Below, piece after piece: positions 23,590 to 36,629 of a DNA stretch of 64,000 bases. This stretch comes from Tubulanus polymorphus (Eukaryota > Animalia > Nemertea). The notes under the pieces are model-generated. The model was given only the letters and a program-made list of their open reading frames with translations, was not told the DNA's origin and ran no database searches. Location of the stretch: assembly GCF_964204645.1 (NCBI RefSeq), contig NC_134030.1, positions 10,071,222 to 10,135,221 on the forward strand, in the 5' to 3' direction. The translations under genes and the position numbers were made by a program. Each line of letters opens with the position of its first letter. Position 1 is the first letter of the stretch.

Positions 23590-26500
23590 AACAAAAGCCA
23601 TCGGGGTCAAGTTTAGAGCGTATAATTCGAAAACTGGGTATCGGTGACAGATTGGACGCGTCATCATAATTGGATCGATGTTGATCGTTGGCTCGAGGCG
23701 TCGTGGGATCTCCGGTGTCGAGGAATTATCGGTAAGGGCCACGTGAACTGATTTTGGTTTTCTGATTTTATCCATTTGTTTCGCCCATCATTGACGCTGA
23801 AAAGAATCGATAAATATTGCTATTGATTTACAGAAATTCATACGGTACACCAGTTGGTGAAAGATATTCACGCATATTTGAGTTGATATTGATATCTGAC
23901 ATCAAAATCGAAAAAGAACTCTATACTGATATATATTTCCCCTATGGGGCAGTGAATTTAGAATTATGAATTAAAAGGAACAATTTTGGATTCAACTTTG
24001 ACGTGATAACTCAAATACGAGGATAGAAATTAATTGGAAATCATTTAATTTTTGAGATGATAATCAAAAATATCTACCCTAATTAGAAATGTTGAGACAA
24101 CTACTTATTGTGGCCGATTCGGGCCATACCATAGAATAAAGATTCTGAGGCACGATAAGAAATCTTAACATTGGCCCATTTTTTGTTAAGTTTTGAGTCC
24201 TCAAAAGAATTCTCGCGCGAGAAAAAAATGGACCAATGTAAAAAACTCTAGCCGTACAGAAAAGTCTTTAGTATAAAGGCGCGGATCAGCCACCATAACT
24301 TCTCGACATTAAGATAGTTGCCTTTTATTTTTCTTAAATCAAGTCACCGGGAGGACGCTTCCGAAGTCGCTCGATAATGGAGCTGATCAAAAGGGTGCTG
24401 ACTGTGAAGACGACGAATGAGTGCGCTACACGCCATCTACCGGTGCTGTGGTCATCATATTATATTATTTTTCAATCGTAGTTTTACAAAATGTTGTGAT
24501 GGGAGACATAATTTTACCATTACCAAATTTTAATGAAGACACCGGAGTACGGAAAAAGGATATGTCATAAATTATACAAAGAATGTTCATTTTCTGATAC
24601 GTAGCTAAGGTCCGATGGCTCCTTTCGTTCAAGTATGTTAACAAAAGCATAACACAACCAACGTAAGCCACAGGACAAAGCCACAGTTCTAAAATCGCCA
24701 ACTCAAATGGTTTAGTCAAGCATCCATGAATTCTTGGTTTATATTACCTATTCCAGATATTATCGGGTAATGTAACTGGATAGGAACGCTTCATATAACA
24801 CAGAGCATCAAGATGTCCTCGACACACGAACGAAGGATCGCGATAGTCTAACGCTGTTCTAGTGGTAAACATCGGTTCCGTTCGAGCGCTTTGCTTCACG
24901 CTGTCTCGTTCAAGTTTCATCTGGTTTAGCTATTTAGAAAATCAATTCAAAGACCAGCAGTCAGTCGTTGTAAGACGCAATATACATGCCACACCAGGTG
25001 CCACACCGGGTGCCACACCACTCCAACTTTTCAGCCTACAGGTAAGACCGGCCAGTGGCATGTTAAGAAAGGGGCGTCGGGCGGTCCGGACGAACGCACC
25101 CCTCCCTCCAAAAGAATTTTGTTGCGCTCATCTATTACTCAAAAGTATCAAGTGGAAAAGTTACCCTTTAAATATTACAACATATTAAATTTGTTCATTT
25201 TCTTAGACCTACGGTATATCCATGAAAATCACCCAGACTCCATATCTGAGCATCAAAGTTATAGAATTTACCCGGGAGAGGGTCCCAGTTAAAAACGAAC
25301 CCACCCACATATTTCTCGCGCCACGGGCCTATTAGGCCCAGGAGGAAATCATCGACGAAAACAGCAATCTTTGTTCGTGGAGCGTATCTGTTTACCTTTA
25401 ATGTGTGGCGATTGTTTTGGTGCACATCTAGCGACACGTTTCCGTCGAAGTAAACAAAATCTTCCCGTTGACTGGAGCGCGGTGTTTTCCATTCGGCCGG
25501 TGAAGTGAGGATGCTCTGAAGCAGAAGCGACACGAATATATATATCTTACTCTCCTGGATTTGCAAACTTTCCTACCTGGGGTCGGTTTTATGAAAAAAA
25601 TTTGAGCTTAAATCAGTTAAGTTTGAATAGTTGTCCTAATTAAAAACATGAAGTAACCAATGGCAATTACACCGAAAATTTGGGTAGTTAAACTTGTTCG
25701 TGAAACTAAACCCTGTTGTGTAAATCCCGCATTGTGTTGACCGCCCACGTGAAAAAAACCAAAATGGCCGTTGAGTCTACAATATGATTTAGAAATCTCA
25801 TTTTGTAGCTACGTATTGTATGTTCATATTCCTTTTCATTGGTCACCATCAGAGCCCGTCCACGTAGCGTCCATGATAGTTCACCATACCACTTTGTGTT
25901 AAAAACGTAATACATATTACATATATGTTTTTTTCGTTCTATGGAAATAAATGAGTAAATCAATATTGATTTTACAATCCTAGAATATGCAAATGCGTCC
26001 TCTTTTCTATGTCACGCGAGTAACTTCTCAACATCTTCAGGATAACATATCTTGTTAGACAGTCGTTTCTTTTCCTACGGAGCCCGGTAATGTTTTTCGT
26101 ATAAAATCTTTGGTGTAGTCAGAATATCACCTTCCTAGATGAATTCTCATTTACGGGCCCCGAAGTGAAACAATATCTAAAAACCATAGGCAACCGTCGG
26201 TGAAATAATCCATAAGGAACATTCCCCAATTTATTAGCAGAGCCGTACCTAGCGTCGGGTTGGGGGCTGGGGGTCATGCAGTTACCCCCTCCCCCCAGGA
26301 ATTTTGGAAAAGTGTCTTTTTGCAAATATCATTTTCATATCTTATAGAACTACCCTTTTCGGGTTTCTCTGCCCCCTCCCCAATTCAAATGTTAGGTACG
26401 GCCCTGGAGGTTAAAAATGTTAGGTACGGTTTCACGAGATAATTATGATGATTTCATGCAAACCTTGGCGTCTTCGGGAGGTGCGCATCTATCGGCGACG

Positions 26501-28660
26501 ACGTTGCACTGCAGGTCTACCGGTCTGGTGTAAGCAGACGTGTAGTTAGTAATCTTACTTGGATTATCATTGCCGAATGTTACGCGTGACATTGGTTTCA
26601 AAGTACGTGGGTTTAGGTCGTCGCTTCCCATGACGCTTGCCCGCGAATGTTTGTCGTTAGTGCTGGTAACTATGGCACGTATCTAGGATACGAATACTAA
26701 AAGTATACCCAGTGTTCAATGGCAGAAAGGAGATTCCATTAGTATCTACGTCATAATAATCTAATCTAGCATTATAAACGTTGTGAAAATGTCGTGATAA
26801 GGTTCGTTGCTTTTTGATTTAGATGAAAATCAGGGACCAAAAAATCACGGTAGCACATGAACTAAGAGATACCACGTGTGCCATTCGTTATAGAATAGAT
26901 AACGCTTTAACTTAAGTAACGTACAGGATCTTCTCCAGAAAACTCCTTGAAATGCCTTTTTAGTTAAGTTAATCAGCCGAGAATAAAAAAGGGATTTTTG
27001 GGCCTTATTGCTGGAAATTACCATCTTCCGTCGGGTTTGGTCGAAGCTCATCCTTTATTCCACCCCTGAAATTTTAGGGCTGATTTTATTAGTGGTCAAC
27101 TTAGGTATCTAACAACTTACAACGCCTTTCAATTCGAGAAATTTTTTTTCTAAATTCCCATAGACTGTGGGTAGCGGACTGTCCAACTTTTGCCGAAAAT
27201 GACCAATAGAAAAGGAATGGGTGGTTCGTATATGCAGGAACACGTAGTAGGTTGTTATGCGCAGAAGTGTTCTAATTATGATATCGAGATTTCTCAAAGA
27301 TGGGAGGATTATTGATCTTGCCTTGGTATTTCCTTATAAGATGTCATGGGAACAAGACCAATACGGTGAATGAAACACATAATTTTGGAAATCTTTGATA
27401 ACTCATCAATCGGTGTACGAGTGAAATTAACTAATATCGTTGTTAATTGCAGTTCTAACGAACCATTTTTGGTGGCAAAAACAGTTTTCCAGAGGGGTAA
27501 TTTGAGATGTTACAGATACTTGTCACGATAGCGGGGGTGCAAAATCAACGATTCGTGCAAGTGTCCTTGGTGCCACCATCTATTTTCATAGGTCGTGCCC
27601 TATTTAACTGGTTATTCTACTGGAAATCGTACGCGGAAGACTGAGCAACTACTAGCGATACTGGCGAACCTGGTGGATCCTCGCCTGCCACACGTGGAAT
27701 CCTCGATTGCTACAGTAGCGGTGCGGATACCCGATTGATATTCAAAAGAAACACATAAAACACTCCTCTTACGACTCTAGCTTTGTGCGTAGGCATATGT
27801 ATGTCAGACTTATTCCTTGTCGGACCCATTTATAATCGACCTATAAGTATTGAAATCTTGTATGTAGGACCGTATTATATCTAGTTCAATCTCACTCGCG
27901 TAATATCAAGTGGGCGAAATACATGATATCGGCGAAATGTTAATTCTATGCATTGAAGAGTGATGGTGCACAGTTGTGTTGAAGTTCTATGAGAAAATGG
28001 GTGTATGGTAAATGGTCCTTATCTAGCACATGAAAAGAAATATACATCTAATTTTGAGTGGATTTGCTTTGGTTTTCAATATCGCCGATAATTATAACGG
28101 ATAAATTCTTCTCTCTGACATTGGGCCCGGGTTCAAACTTGACGAACAACAAAAACAAAATCATCCCACCAGCGAGTCGGATTTTAATGAGTAACGTTTT
28201 TTAGTTGCGCCGTTGGTCAACATTGTCAATGAGATATCGTTCCAGCAGCTGTTTTCTGTTGTTGATTGTTGATTCCGCGAGGTAACAACCGACATTTTAA
28301 ACTATTAGCGAACCTGGTGCAGGTAAAGCCATCACTTTAACTTCGGATAACGTCAAAAATGAGGAAATGCATCACAACCGGTCCACTATTCCATCATATA
28401 TAACACTTGGGCCAAATCGTTGATGAAAAATACAAATTGATGTCGCTGTAGTCTATCGATGACATCATCTCGGTTATCGGGGCGTTTCATATATCTTTTC
28501 AGTATTCAGTATTCCCGAAGATGAGTATAGCCCAATGGAAGCTTTCGGACTGGTTCTTTTCCTTTCGTATCGCGAGTTTTTACCGTATTATTCGACGTAT
28601 TTCCATAATTTCCCGTTTCCACTTGTATCTCCAAGACTCCTGTTCAACAGGTCCGACGGT
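23590..28660 (-). pseudogene. Decayed multi-exon gene of unrecognised family
   Basis: Phase-compatible GT-AG exons: 26682-26464 (73 codons, open), 26176-25712 (155 codons, 4 in-frame stops), 25515-25213 (101 codons, open), 24920-24748, 24445-24348. Further protein-like but stop- or frameshift-broken segments at about 27.1-27.6 kb, 27.8-28.0 kb, 28.3-28.65 kb and 23.6-23.8 kb. Outer limits are approximate. Confidence 0.6.
26238..26406. mobile_element. Short MITE with TIR CAG(A/G)GCCGTACCTA
   Basis: cagagccgtacctagc ... gttaggtacggccctg; lies in an intron of the pseudogene. Confidence 0.6.
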
Positions 28661-28691
28661 ACAGAATTAGCAGAGTTAGTATGATCGGTTT

Positions 28692-29119
28692 AATAAGCCT
28701 TTTTACAGTTTCCAGGCGCCATTTTTTTGGGTACCCGCCGGGTCCGCAGTGTTGAATTTTTTGTCCCTATTTTTCTCCGGTTTAATTTTTTTATTTCGTT
28801 CATATCTCTGGATTTGATTAAGATGGAAACAAAGTAGAAATATCGATGAACTCGGCTGATAATAAACTTTTTTATGATATCACTCATTTATAAAGTTAAT
28901 GCAACAATGTGCGCTGGTGAAGTTATAAACATTGATATCGTCTTCCCGATAATTCAACTTGAATTATTGCTCATCTCATTCAAAAGTTCGTAATTCTTAC
29001 AAATATTAATCTACATTTTTGAAATTTTCAGGATCAATAGCCATCTATATGTGGTCTTATATACCTTTTACCGTTTTCAATTATCTTTATTAGTTTTTAA
29101 GTAATTGCGAGTCAAACTT
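28692..29119. mobile_element. One-ended 430-bp copy of the 11857-13440 element
   Basis: Approximate reverse complement of 13018-13440; its first 230 bp match 11857-12090 directly. Confidence 0.8.
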
Positions 29120-29299
29120 TATATAAAATATATTGGTATATTTGTTATGTCATAGAAGTTAGAACTTTGGCTCAATAAACAATATACCAAAAAATAAATG
29201 TACACTTATTTAACTGATGTATCGAGTGAAAACTCACAACAAACGCGGCCTGAGTCCTAACCCAACGAGGAAAAAACCAAGTAGAGAGAATCTCAAAAT

Positions 29300-29472
29300 G
29301 ATAACGGAAAACAGTCCGAAAATGTCACCGGAGCTAGTAGTTATTTCAATGTTTCGACTATATTCGTATGGTCATCTTCAGGAATACAGGCAATAGAAGA
29401 CAGAAATACTAGAATATAGTCGAAACGTCGAACAAGCTACTATAGCTCCGGTAACGTTTCCGTACTGTTCTC
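29300..29472. mobile_element. Inverted pair of Penelope-like pLTR fragments with a hammerhead-like motif
   Basis: The minus strand reads ttcCTGAAGAtgaccatacgaatatagtcGAAAcatt at 29385-29348. The inverted partner gaatatagtcgaaacgtc is at 29412-29429. Related piece at about 58308-58370. Confidence 0.5.
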
Positions 29473-30844
29473 TCTATATTATCGTCACATCACGGATATA
29501 GTGTTTTATCAATCGCGAGGAAAAAACCACGCGCTATTGTTATTATCATTCTTCTGAAACAGCATATTTCAATACGGTGCAAAAGTGTAAAGTGCGATTT
29601 CTTTAATTTTTGCGACGACGACGACGACGACGAGCGTGAAATTAGCCATTACCATCCGAGGTAACGGCGGGGGAAATTGCAGTATTCCATTGTACGAAGG
29701 AACAATAAAAACACCGCCGATGAATGAGACTGCCGACGGGGGCGACAAGAAACGGTCGTAACGTCGAATATAGAAATCCCACCGGCAATTTCTATTTTCA
29801 TTAGCCATAAAACCTACCTGTAATATGATTGATGCGCCAGTGAAATTGACATTGCGGTGTGTCGGTTATCGCGAGATAGAGTGTTCGATATCAAGTATCT
29901 ATTGGCTTCGCTTACTATCGCGGTAGGACACGAGCATTTAACTTAAGGCCTCATACACAACACCGTGGTCCTCCGACAAATATTCGTTACCATTAACGTC
30001 ACGATATCGACATCGATAAGGTAACATTTCATCGGTCATTTGCCCCGATGTTGTTTGATATAAACACAAAAAATAGTCGTCGTTGCTATAAAATGTTCTA
30101 TCGATATGAAGTTTTTGGATATTAGTGTATGAAAAATATCAGTTTGACGGTGGATACGAGATAATCTTCCCTTTTTTATTACAGAAATTTCATTTTATGA
30201 AAAATAATGTGATATTTACAAAATATGTTATACAATACTGAAGTCCTATCCTAATTGGACATTATTAGTATTAGTATACGAGGTAATCAAGCCAACATTA
30301 CCTACGGGAGAATTCTTGCTTTGTAAGAAGTAAAAAGTATCATTTCGATTTTTTAAAAAAGCCTGAATAACTGTAACGAGAATCAAATGATTTCGCTTTC
30401 GATGAACGGGTCAATCCGCAATGAACTCGCTAAATCAACATATCAATTAGCCGATAGCGATTTCATTGTATACCCAGTCGATTATTACGATATCTGAGAT
30501 CTTAGAACTATTTATCGTTCGTTGCAGTCAGTATTCGTGTCTTTACTGCGCAAAAGCTAAGCGGCTATTGCCAGAACGGTAGTTTTATCGTTAATTGTGC
30601 GCGTGCGCGCGACATCCGTTCGCTAGAAGCTCTACCAAAACGCCGGCGAGTCGGGTACGATGCGAGAGATGAAATTCGTCGAACTCAACGCGATCTTTTT
30701 AAAAGGACTCATTCGGCGAAGATGAAAAAACACGTTCAGTAGCCGCCGCCGCTTTCCGATCGTTTCTCCGTATAGCGATAACGTTATAGATATTAAACGA
30801 AAAAAAACCGATTGGCATTTGTTGTGCTATACTGGTCGAAGATC

Positions 30845-31183
30845 ATGCTGCGTATTCGGACTTTACAGCAACTGTTCCTGGCGTGCTATCTATTTGCGTG
30901 GTGCTTGGTTTGTTCGCGTGGCCTCAGTAAAGTTTGCGGGGGCTTCTACCGGACGTGCGACGGGTGCACGAATCAGTTTTTGACGGGAATTTCGTCCAGC
31001 ATAGAACTGTCGAGTACGCCCAACACTCCGGAAGTTGACTGTTTGTGGAATTGCCTGAAGGAAACGCAGTGTCGGTCGGTCAACTATATGCAAGATACGC
31101 AGGTCTGCAAGTTGAACAAGTTCCAGAACAACGACACCGGCACTCGCCTTACCACTAAGCCTGGTTGGATATATCTCCACATG
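30845..31183 (+). CDS. Exon 1 of a secreted PAN/Apple-domain protein
   Basis: Signal peptide MLRIRTLQQLFLACYLFAWCLVCSRG. PAN pattern CLWNC..QCRSVNY...CKLN...GWIY. Donor atg|gtaagc at 31183/31184, phase 0. Confidence 0.8.
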
Positions 31184-31239
31184 GTAAGCAAGACAGCCCA
31201 GTTCCAGGAGTAAGATTAGTGATAAAAACGCGGGCTTAA

Positions 31240-31831
31240 CCCTTTAACTGGCAATCGGTCGCTAGCGACCGATTTGAATAGGCCAGCTATAGTGAATAGA
31301 ATAGTCAAGTATTGATTTCAGTGAAGCATTCTAACTCATTTTCCTATCAGCAGATGGCAACACCAGACGGCCTACAATGTCTAACAAGGTTGGAAAGTGA
31401 TATATGATACATTTGGCATGTAGAAGGGGTATGGAAACCACATGTCACGTGGGTCAGATTTCCAAAATTGAGAATATCGTTAGTAGTAATGGTCAATGCA
31501 CTAAAGACGTTCTCTAGTGAGTTTGGCTGATATTTTGGACATAGTAATGAAAGATTCTGATGATAATTCATATTGGGATGAATCTCATGACAGTTTTTTA
31601 TTATGGGTGGCCCAAAAATCTGGATGACCTTGGGATCTGTGACCTTGGGATCAGACCCTGAAGGTAACTCCCAAAGTTCGCAAACATGGTATCATTTGAA
31701 AGCTTGTAAAAAGAGCTTTCATAAAAAACATACAGTATGGGGTTATCCCTCATATCTACTGAGTTATTAAGTTTTCCCCTTGCAAGGTCCAAAATCTCTC
31801 ATAGGCCGAAAAATACTTGCCGGTTAAAGGG
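31240..31831. mobile_element. piggyBac-like MITE
   Basis: ttaa|ccctttaactggcaa ... ttgccggttaaaggg|ttgt. CCC termini, left TTAA intact, right site degenerate. Confidence 0.65.
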
Positions 31832-33443
31832 TTGTATTGCATATAATTATAATAGGAAAATTTACTAAAGAGTCTTGATACTCCAGCCCGTTATGGTCTG
31901 TGATTAGGTTATTCCTAACCCAATCGAGGTTAAGTTATTTGGTAATACAGTAAACTCCGCCCAAGTCAGATCCGTTCAACTCGGAACTTCTTTTTTAGAC
32001 AAATGATATAGCAAGAAAACTAATTTGAAATGGTATTGACGCCATGAAAAATAACATATTTATTGCTTATCGTTGTCGACAATAGATATGAATGATATAA
32101 TTTAAAATATATCATATAAGGGATCAATAAAGTTATTTTGAATTTGAATATATCGATAATTGAATTGACCGGAAACTAGTCTCGCTCAGATATATTGATG
32201 ACGTAGTGCTCTCTCAAAAATGATTATTAAAATTTAATCATATGATTACATTCTCTGTCTTCCCATTTCTTTAACATTAACAATAACTAACAATATAGTG
32301 CACTAAATTCCCAGCGAACACGTCATGGTAACGCGATTAGGTGAATTTCAACACGAAACAAAAAACATTCTTTAGTCTGTTCTAAAATCGCCGTTGACGG
32401 ATTGAATGTTCAGGACTGGTGTTTATTTATGCAAAGAAGGCTTTATCTTAACGAAGCTCTTTCAAATTAATTCTTATCAGAACTATAAATTGCATTTATG
32501 CAGACGAGACTCCAGTTCTATTCGATGAATATATAAATGGCATTATATCGGGTTCGAGTCCCACGTGTCTATGTTTACTCACCGAGACACGGTTCCACGA
32601 CACCGGGAAATGCTCGGAAACCTATTATTGTCTCCAGTGTCCGTGTTTCCCTGCTTCATGCTTAACCATTATTGATTATAGCATCGAGTCGTTCTCCGTT
32701 TTTCTTTTGCGTACGAGTTAATTTATAAATTAAACACCACCCGGTAACTATATTAGAAATTCGCTATCGGTGGTCTGTGCGTGTTGTCGTTTCCCGCTGT
32801 TAGAAACGATTTGTACGAGCGAAAAATGACACCGAGCAAACGCCGGGGTAAACTTTTGACGTGTGTATTACGCGAATGCTAAACGGGACGCTAAACGGTA
32901 TTTGCCGAACGAAAACAAAGCACTAGATATACATAAAGAGTCAAGTAATGGGCGCGAGAAGGAATATAGCTTGTATCGATTGACGCCCGTATACGAGAGG
33001 ACTCAGAGGCAATAATCAGAGGTCGCGGCAATAATTTACTGAATCCCACGACGGTTTTTTTTAATACCACGTTTTCGACGAAATCGAAGTAAATTCGTCG
33101 TGGCTACATATTAGAACCTGTCCAAATCGTTAATCGAAAATTGTTTCCAACGTGCCTGCAGTTTGAAATGTCGTTGACTCGTGATTCGTCGAAACGGAAG
33201 GAAGCATTAGCTACCGCGCTGTCAAACGCGGGAAAACAATAATCAGAAAACGATGATGTATTGCCGCGTCAGACGCGCTGCGTACACCGACTTACTGCCG
33301 AGTTCAGGAACCTTTGATAAGCCTACTGCCCGAACTGTGTTTGTTCCCCGATAAAACGTTATATTAAACGTGTTATCTAGCCTTCAAATGTTTCGTTAAT
33401 TAGATGGTCGCGTAATAATTAGCGCACGCTATGTCACGGTCAA

Positions 33444-33643
33444 GTTGGTTGGTTGGTTGGTTGGTTGGTTGGTTGGTTGGTTGGTTGGTTGGTTGGTTGG
33501 TTGGTTGGTTGGTTGGTTGGTTGGTTGGTTGGTTGGTTGGTTGGTTGGTTGGTTGGTTGGTTGGTTGGTTGGTTGGTTGGTTGGTTGGTTGGTTGGTTGG
33601 TTGGTTGGTTGGTTGGTTGGTTGGTTGGTTGGTTGGTTGGTTG
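33444..33643. repeat. (GGTT)50 perfect microsatellite
   Basis: 200 bp of uninterrupted tetranucleotide repeat. Confidence 0.98.
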
Positions 33644-34316
33644 AATGATTTTTAGCACATTATGGGTCTGTGCAAATCAAATTCACACTGTTATGCAAAT
33701 TCAACATTCAATTCTAGATACATCGACGGGATTTGATCGATTGATTAAAAACACCGCGAAATATCGTTGAAAAGAGCTTTTGAATTTTTACCGAAGCAAA
33801 AACGGCGAATTTGATAATGAAAAACCCGATACAACGTTCAAGCCGATTAAATAAACGCGACCGGCGAATAGAATGAATTGAATTGTGTGCATTCGAATTT
33901 TGATTAAACATTCCTCAGCATTATAGTTGATTGATTTGCAATTAAATCCATTGTGTATCGAAACGATAATGCGGCGAATTATTCATGGGCACGCTTAACC
34001 TTGTTTCCCATCTACAACTTAGAATAGAAAAGCCGATTCAGTTTACGCCTGGTAGCTTTTGATAACTAAACGAACACGGGCTTTTATCAAGTACTTTTTA
34101 GCTGGAACAGTGGAATTCTATTCTGGTGATAGAGGATTCACTGGATAGGGATAAGTGTACGGTGATTGACAACACTAGGGTTAGGGTTAGACTAATGAAA
34201 GTTCTTCTACGTAAATAATTTTATGATTATTCAGGGAGCTTTTTTATAGAAAATGTACGCGATTGAATACACGGAGTCCGCATCTAGTACATACATGGTA
34301 AAAGTAATTCAATTTC

Positions 34317-34584
34317 TATTGCGCCTTTTCCACTGTGACACAACGTTCAACGGCGCTTTCCATTAAATTGGTATTACCCCCAGCCTTTAACTATTTCCCT
34401 GGGGAAAAGTTACATCTGAGCAGCTGGGCGCTCAGGAGTCATCTATCAGATGAGGTAACCATTTCCCCCAGGGTGGAGTGAGGCAATGAGGATAAGTGTT
34501 TTTCCCGGGAACACTACGGTTCGAACACAAGACCTGGCCTCTCACAGTCGAACGCTCAAACCACTCGACCAAGCCACACCGCTC
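34317..34584 (-). mobile_element. tRNA-derived SINE, same family as 51729-51911
   Basis: The minus strand has tRNA A/B-box head, gtagtgttcccggg..acacttatcctcattgcctc.ctccaccc core and an L2-like tail. Confidence 0.7.
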
Positions 34585-35329
34585 CACAACCGCTACTTAC
34601 AATATGTCGTACCACCATGCGTGAGGTGCATTTTTTACATCTACTTTTCCGTAGACGGAAATTGAATTTAAAAAAGGAAAACCAGAAATGAATATGAGAT
34701 GCATCGCGTTCAATCTATATTCTATTTTGTTCGCTGCCCACCCCATCACTCGACTTCCATTTCACTGCATCCGGTCTTCTCGCAAAACGCTATAATCCGC
34801 TCGCGTTTCAACGACCTCCGTAGCTTGGTTACGATCGAACGTTACCGTCGTCGTCGGTTTCAGAGCAGAAGCTGCCCAAGCGTTGTAAATAAATCCGATC
34901 CAAAGCGATAATCTAATGATAATCTAATACACCCATTAAGCATATTAAATCATTCAATCAAATTGAATAGCTATAATCGCTCCACGTGAGTTAATCCGCC
35001 AAGTAGTTCGTGATAGTTTAGATAATTATACATTATCGGGAAAGCCGGCGTCGAAGTCACATGTGACGGGAACGACGTTGTTATCAGATACTGTTAGAAA
35101 AAGCTCTCCGTTAATCTCCGTTAAACCGTCACCTACAACACTTATACTGATATCGTGCACTAACCATCGAAAATGTGTGAAACTGTTTTTTGTTAATGCA
35201 AAATATTTTTGTGAACAATGAAATTGCTTTTAGTTCAACCTAGAGCCAAACTTGTATCCGCAGGTTAAAGAGCATTCTACTATTGCGCGCCATTTCTTTT
35301 GAATTAGTTACCATACCAATTACATTTTA

Positions 35330-35490
35330 GTACATCCTTGCTTTTAAAACTCGAATGAAGACTCACCTTTTCGCGCTCATTCCTAACTATTCTTTTATAT
35401 CTGTTGTTTTACCAATTTTAAAATCATGCATCTCATTTGTAAGCCAAAGAGCATATTTTATGTGGAATTATGGCAATAGATTATTATTTC
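35330..35490 (+). mobile_element. 3' end fragment of an L2/CR1-group LINE
   Basis: Encodes FKTRMKTHLF, the typical ORF2 C-terminus, followed by a tgtaagcc..agagc...attattatt tail. Confidence 0.5.
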
Positions 35491-35558
35491 TTTCATCCAT
35501 GTATCTATTTATATAATTGCCGGAGAAATCGCCACTATCACATTACTCCACTAACATT

Positions 35559-35757
35559 ATTCCTGGTAATGAAAAATTCATCTCGTTTGGCGCTAGCTCC
35601 CTTTTTACTAATGTTCCTCTCGCGCCTACCCTGGATTTTCTCGGACGTAAACTACCCTGAATTTTCTCGGACGTAAACTACCTTCATTAGATTTCAATTT
35701 TGATATTCCTATTGATTGTATCATTGAATGAATTTAAATTTGCACTCAGAACTGCAT
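35559..35757 (+). mobile_element. Penelope-like reverse transcriptase fragment (dead)
   Basis: Translates to IPGNEKFISFGASSLFTNVPLAPTLDFLGRKL, matching the PLE motif SFDVxSLFTNVP with the Asp mutated. Then a 21-bp duplication and IPIDCIIE*I*ICTQN. Confidence 0.7.
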
Positions 35758-36543
35758 TGAAGGAACATTATTTAGCATAGAGTAAGGAGTAATTGTTTAA
35801 CCGGCTTCTGCGATATTTTCGGTACAAGGCTGTACCGCCAGTAAAAACCTTAACCTCCCTCATTCCAATTATCCCTTCGCATTTGTGAAACTGCCAATTG
35901 TTGAAACATAAGCTGTGGATATTTTCGTGTAGCCATTGCCTTCCATTACTTTCCGTTTTTGTCCTTGACACGACGACCAAGATTTGCTGATAAATAATCG
36001 TCATATAATTGTGGAATCGTGCGAACGCGATAATGGCACAATTATTAACGATAATGATCAAAAATCACGAGAATACTCGAAGAGACATTAAAACGCTTAA
36101 AATCGATTTTCAATTAGAATATTCGATGGCACGCGATTCAGTAAATCATTCCCATCACGCAATCGGAATGTCAAAATTGGATTTACTATTACGATCGAAT
36201 TCCCGCATAGAATTATGTAGATTATAATATCATGTAGAACTATATAGAGCGACAGGGAGGGCATCCCCAGGTGACGTCAGATGACGACGTCACTATCGTG
36301 ATCAAGGGGACAGTGACCGTCGAACGACTTGATGTAAGTCTCTAACTAATACATCCAGAATTAAAGGATCTTAAATCAAGCTACCCATATGTTAGTTTTG
36401 ATTTCCAGTCTAAATCTTCATTCAATTTTAATCGAATTAATAATCAGAGGGGAGTAAGGTCACGCTAAATTAAGAGAATAGTTTCGAGTCATCACTTTGA
36501 AAATGGCTCATAGAACCGAGTTGAAACGTCAAGTCTTCTAGCT

Positions 36544-36544
<1 letters not shown>

Positions 36545-36615
<71 letters not shown>

Positions 36616-36629
36616 AACTACTACTACTA
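36545..36629. repeat. (CTA)n microsatellite
   Basis: About 28 units, seen directly. Confidence 0.95.

Noticed and set aside
33431-33658. (LVGW)n and (QPTN)n ORFs; possible telomeric repeat
   Set aside because: Translation of the (GGTT)n microsatellite; the unit is neither TTAGGG nor TTAGG.
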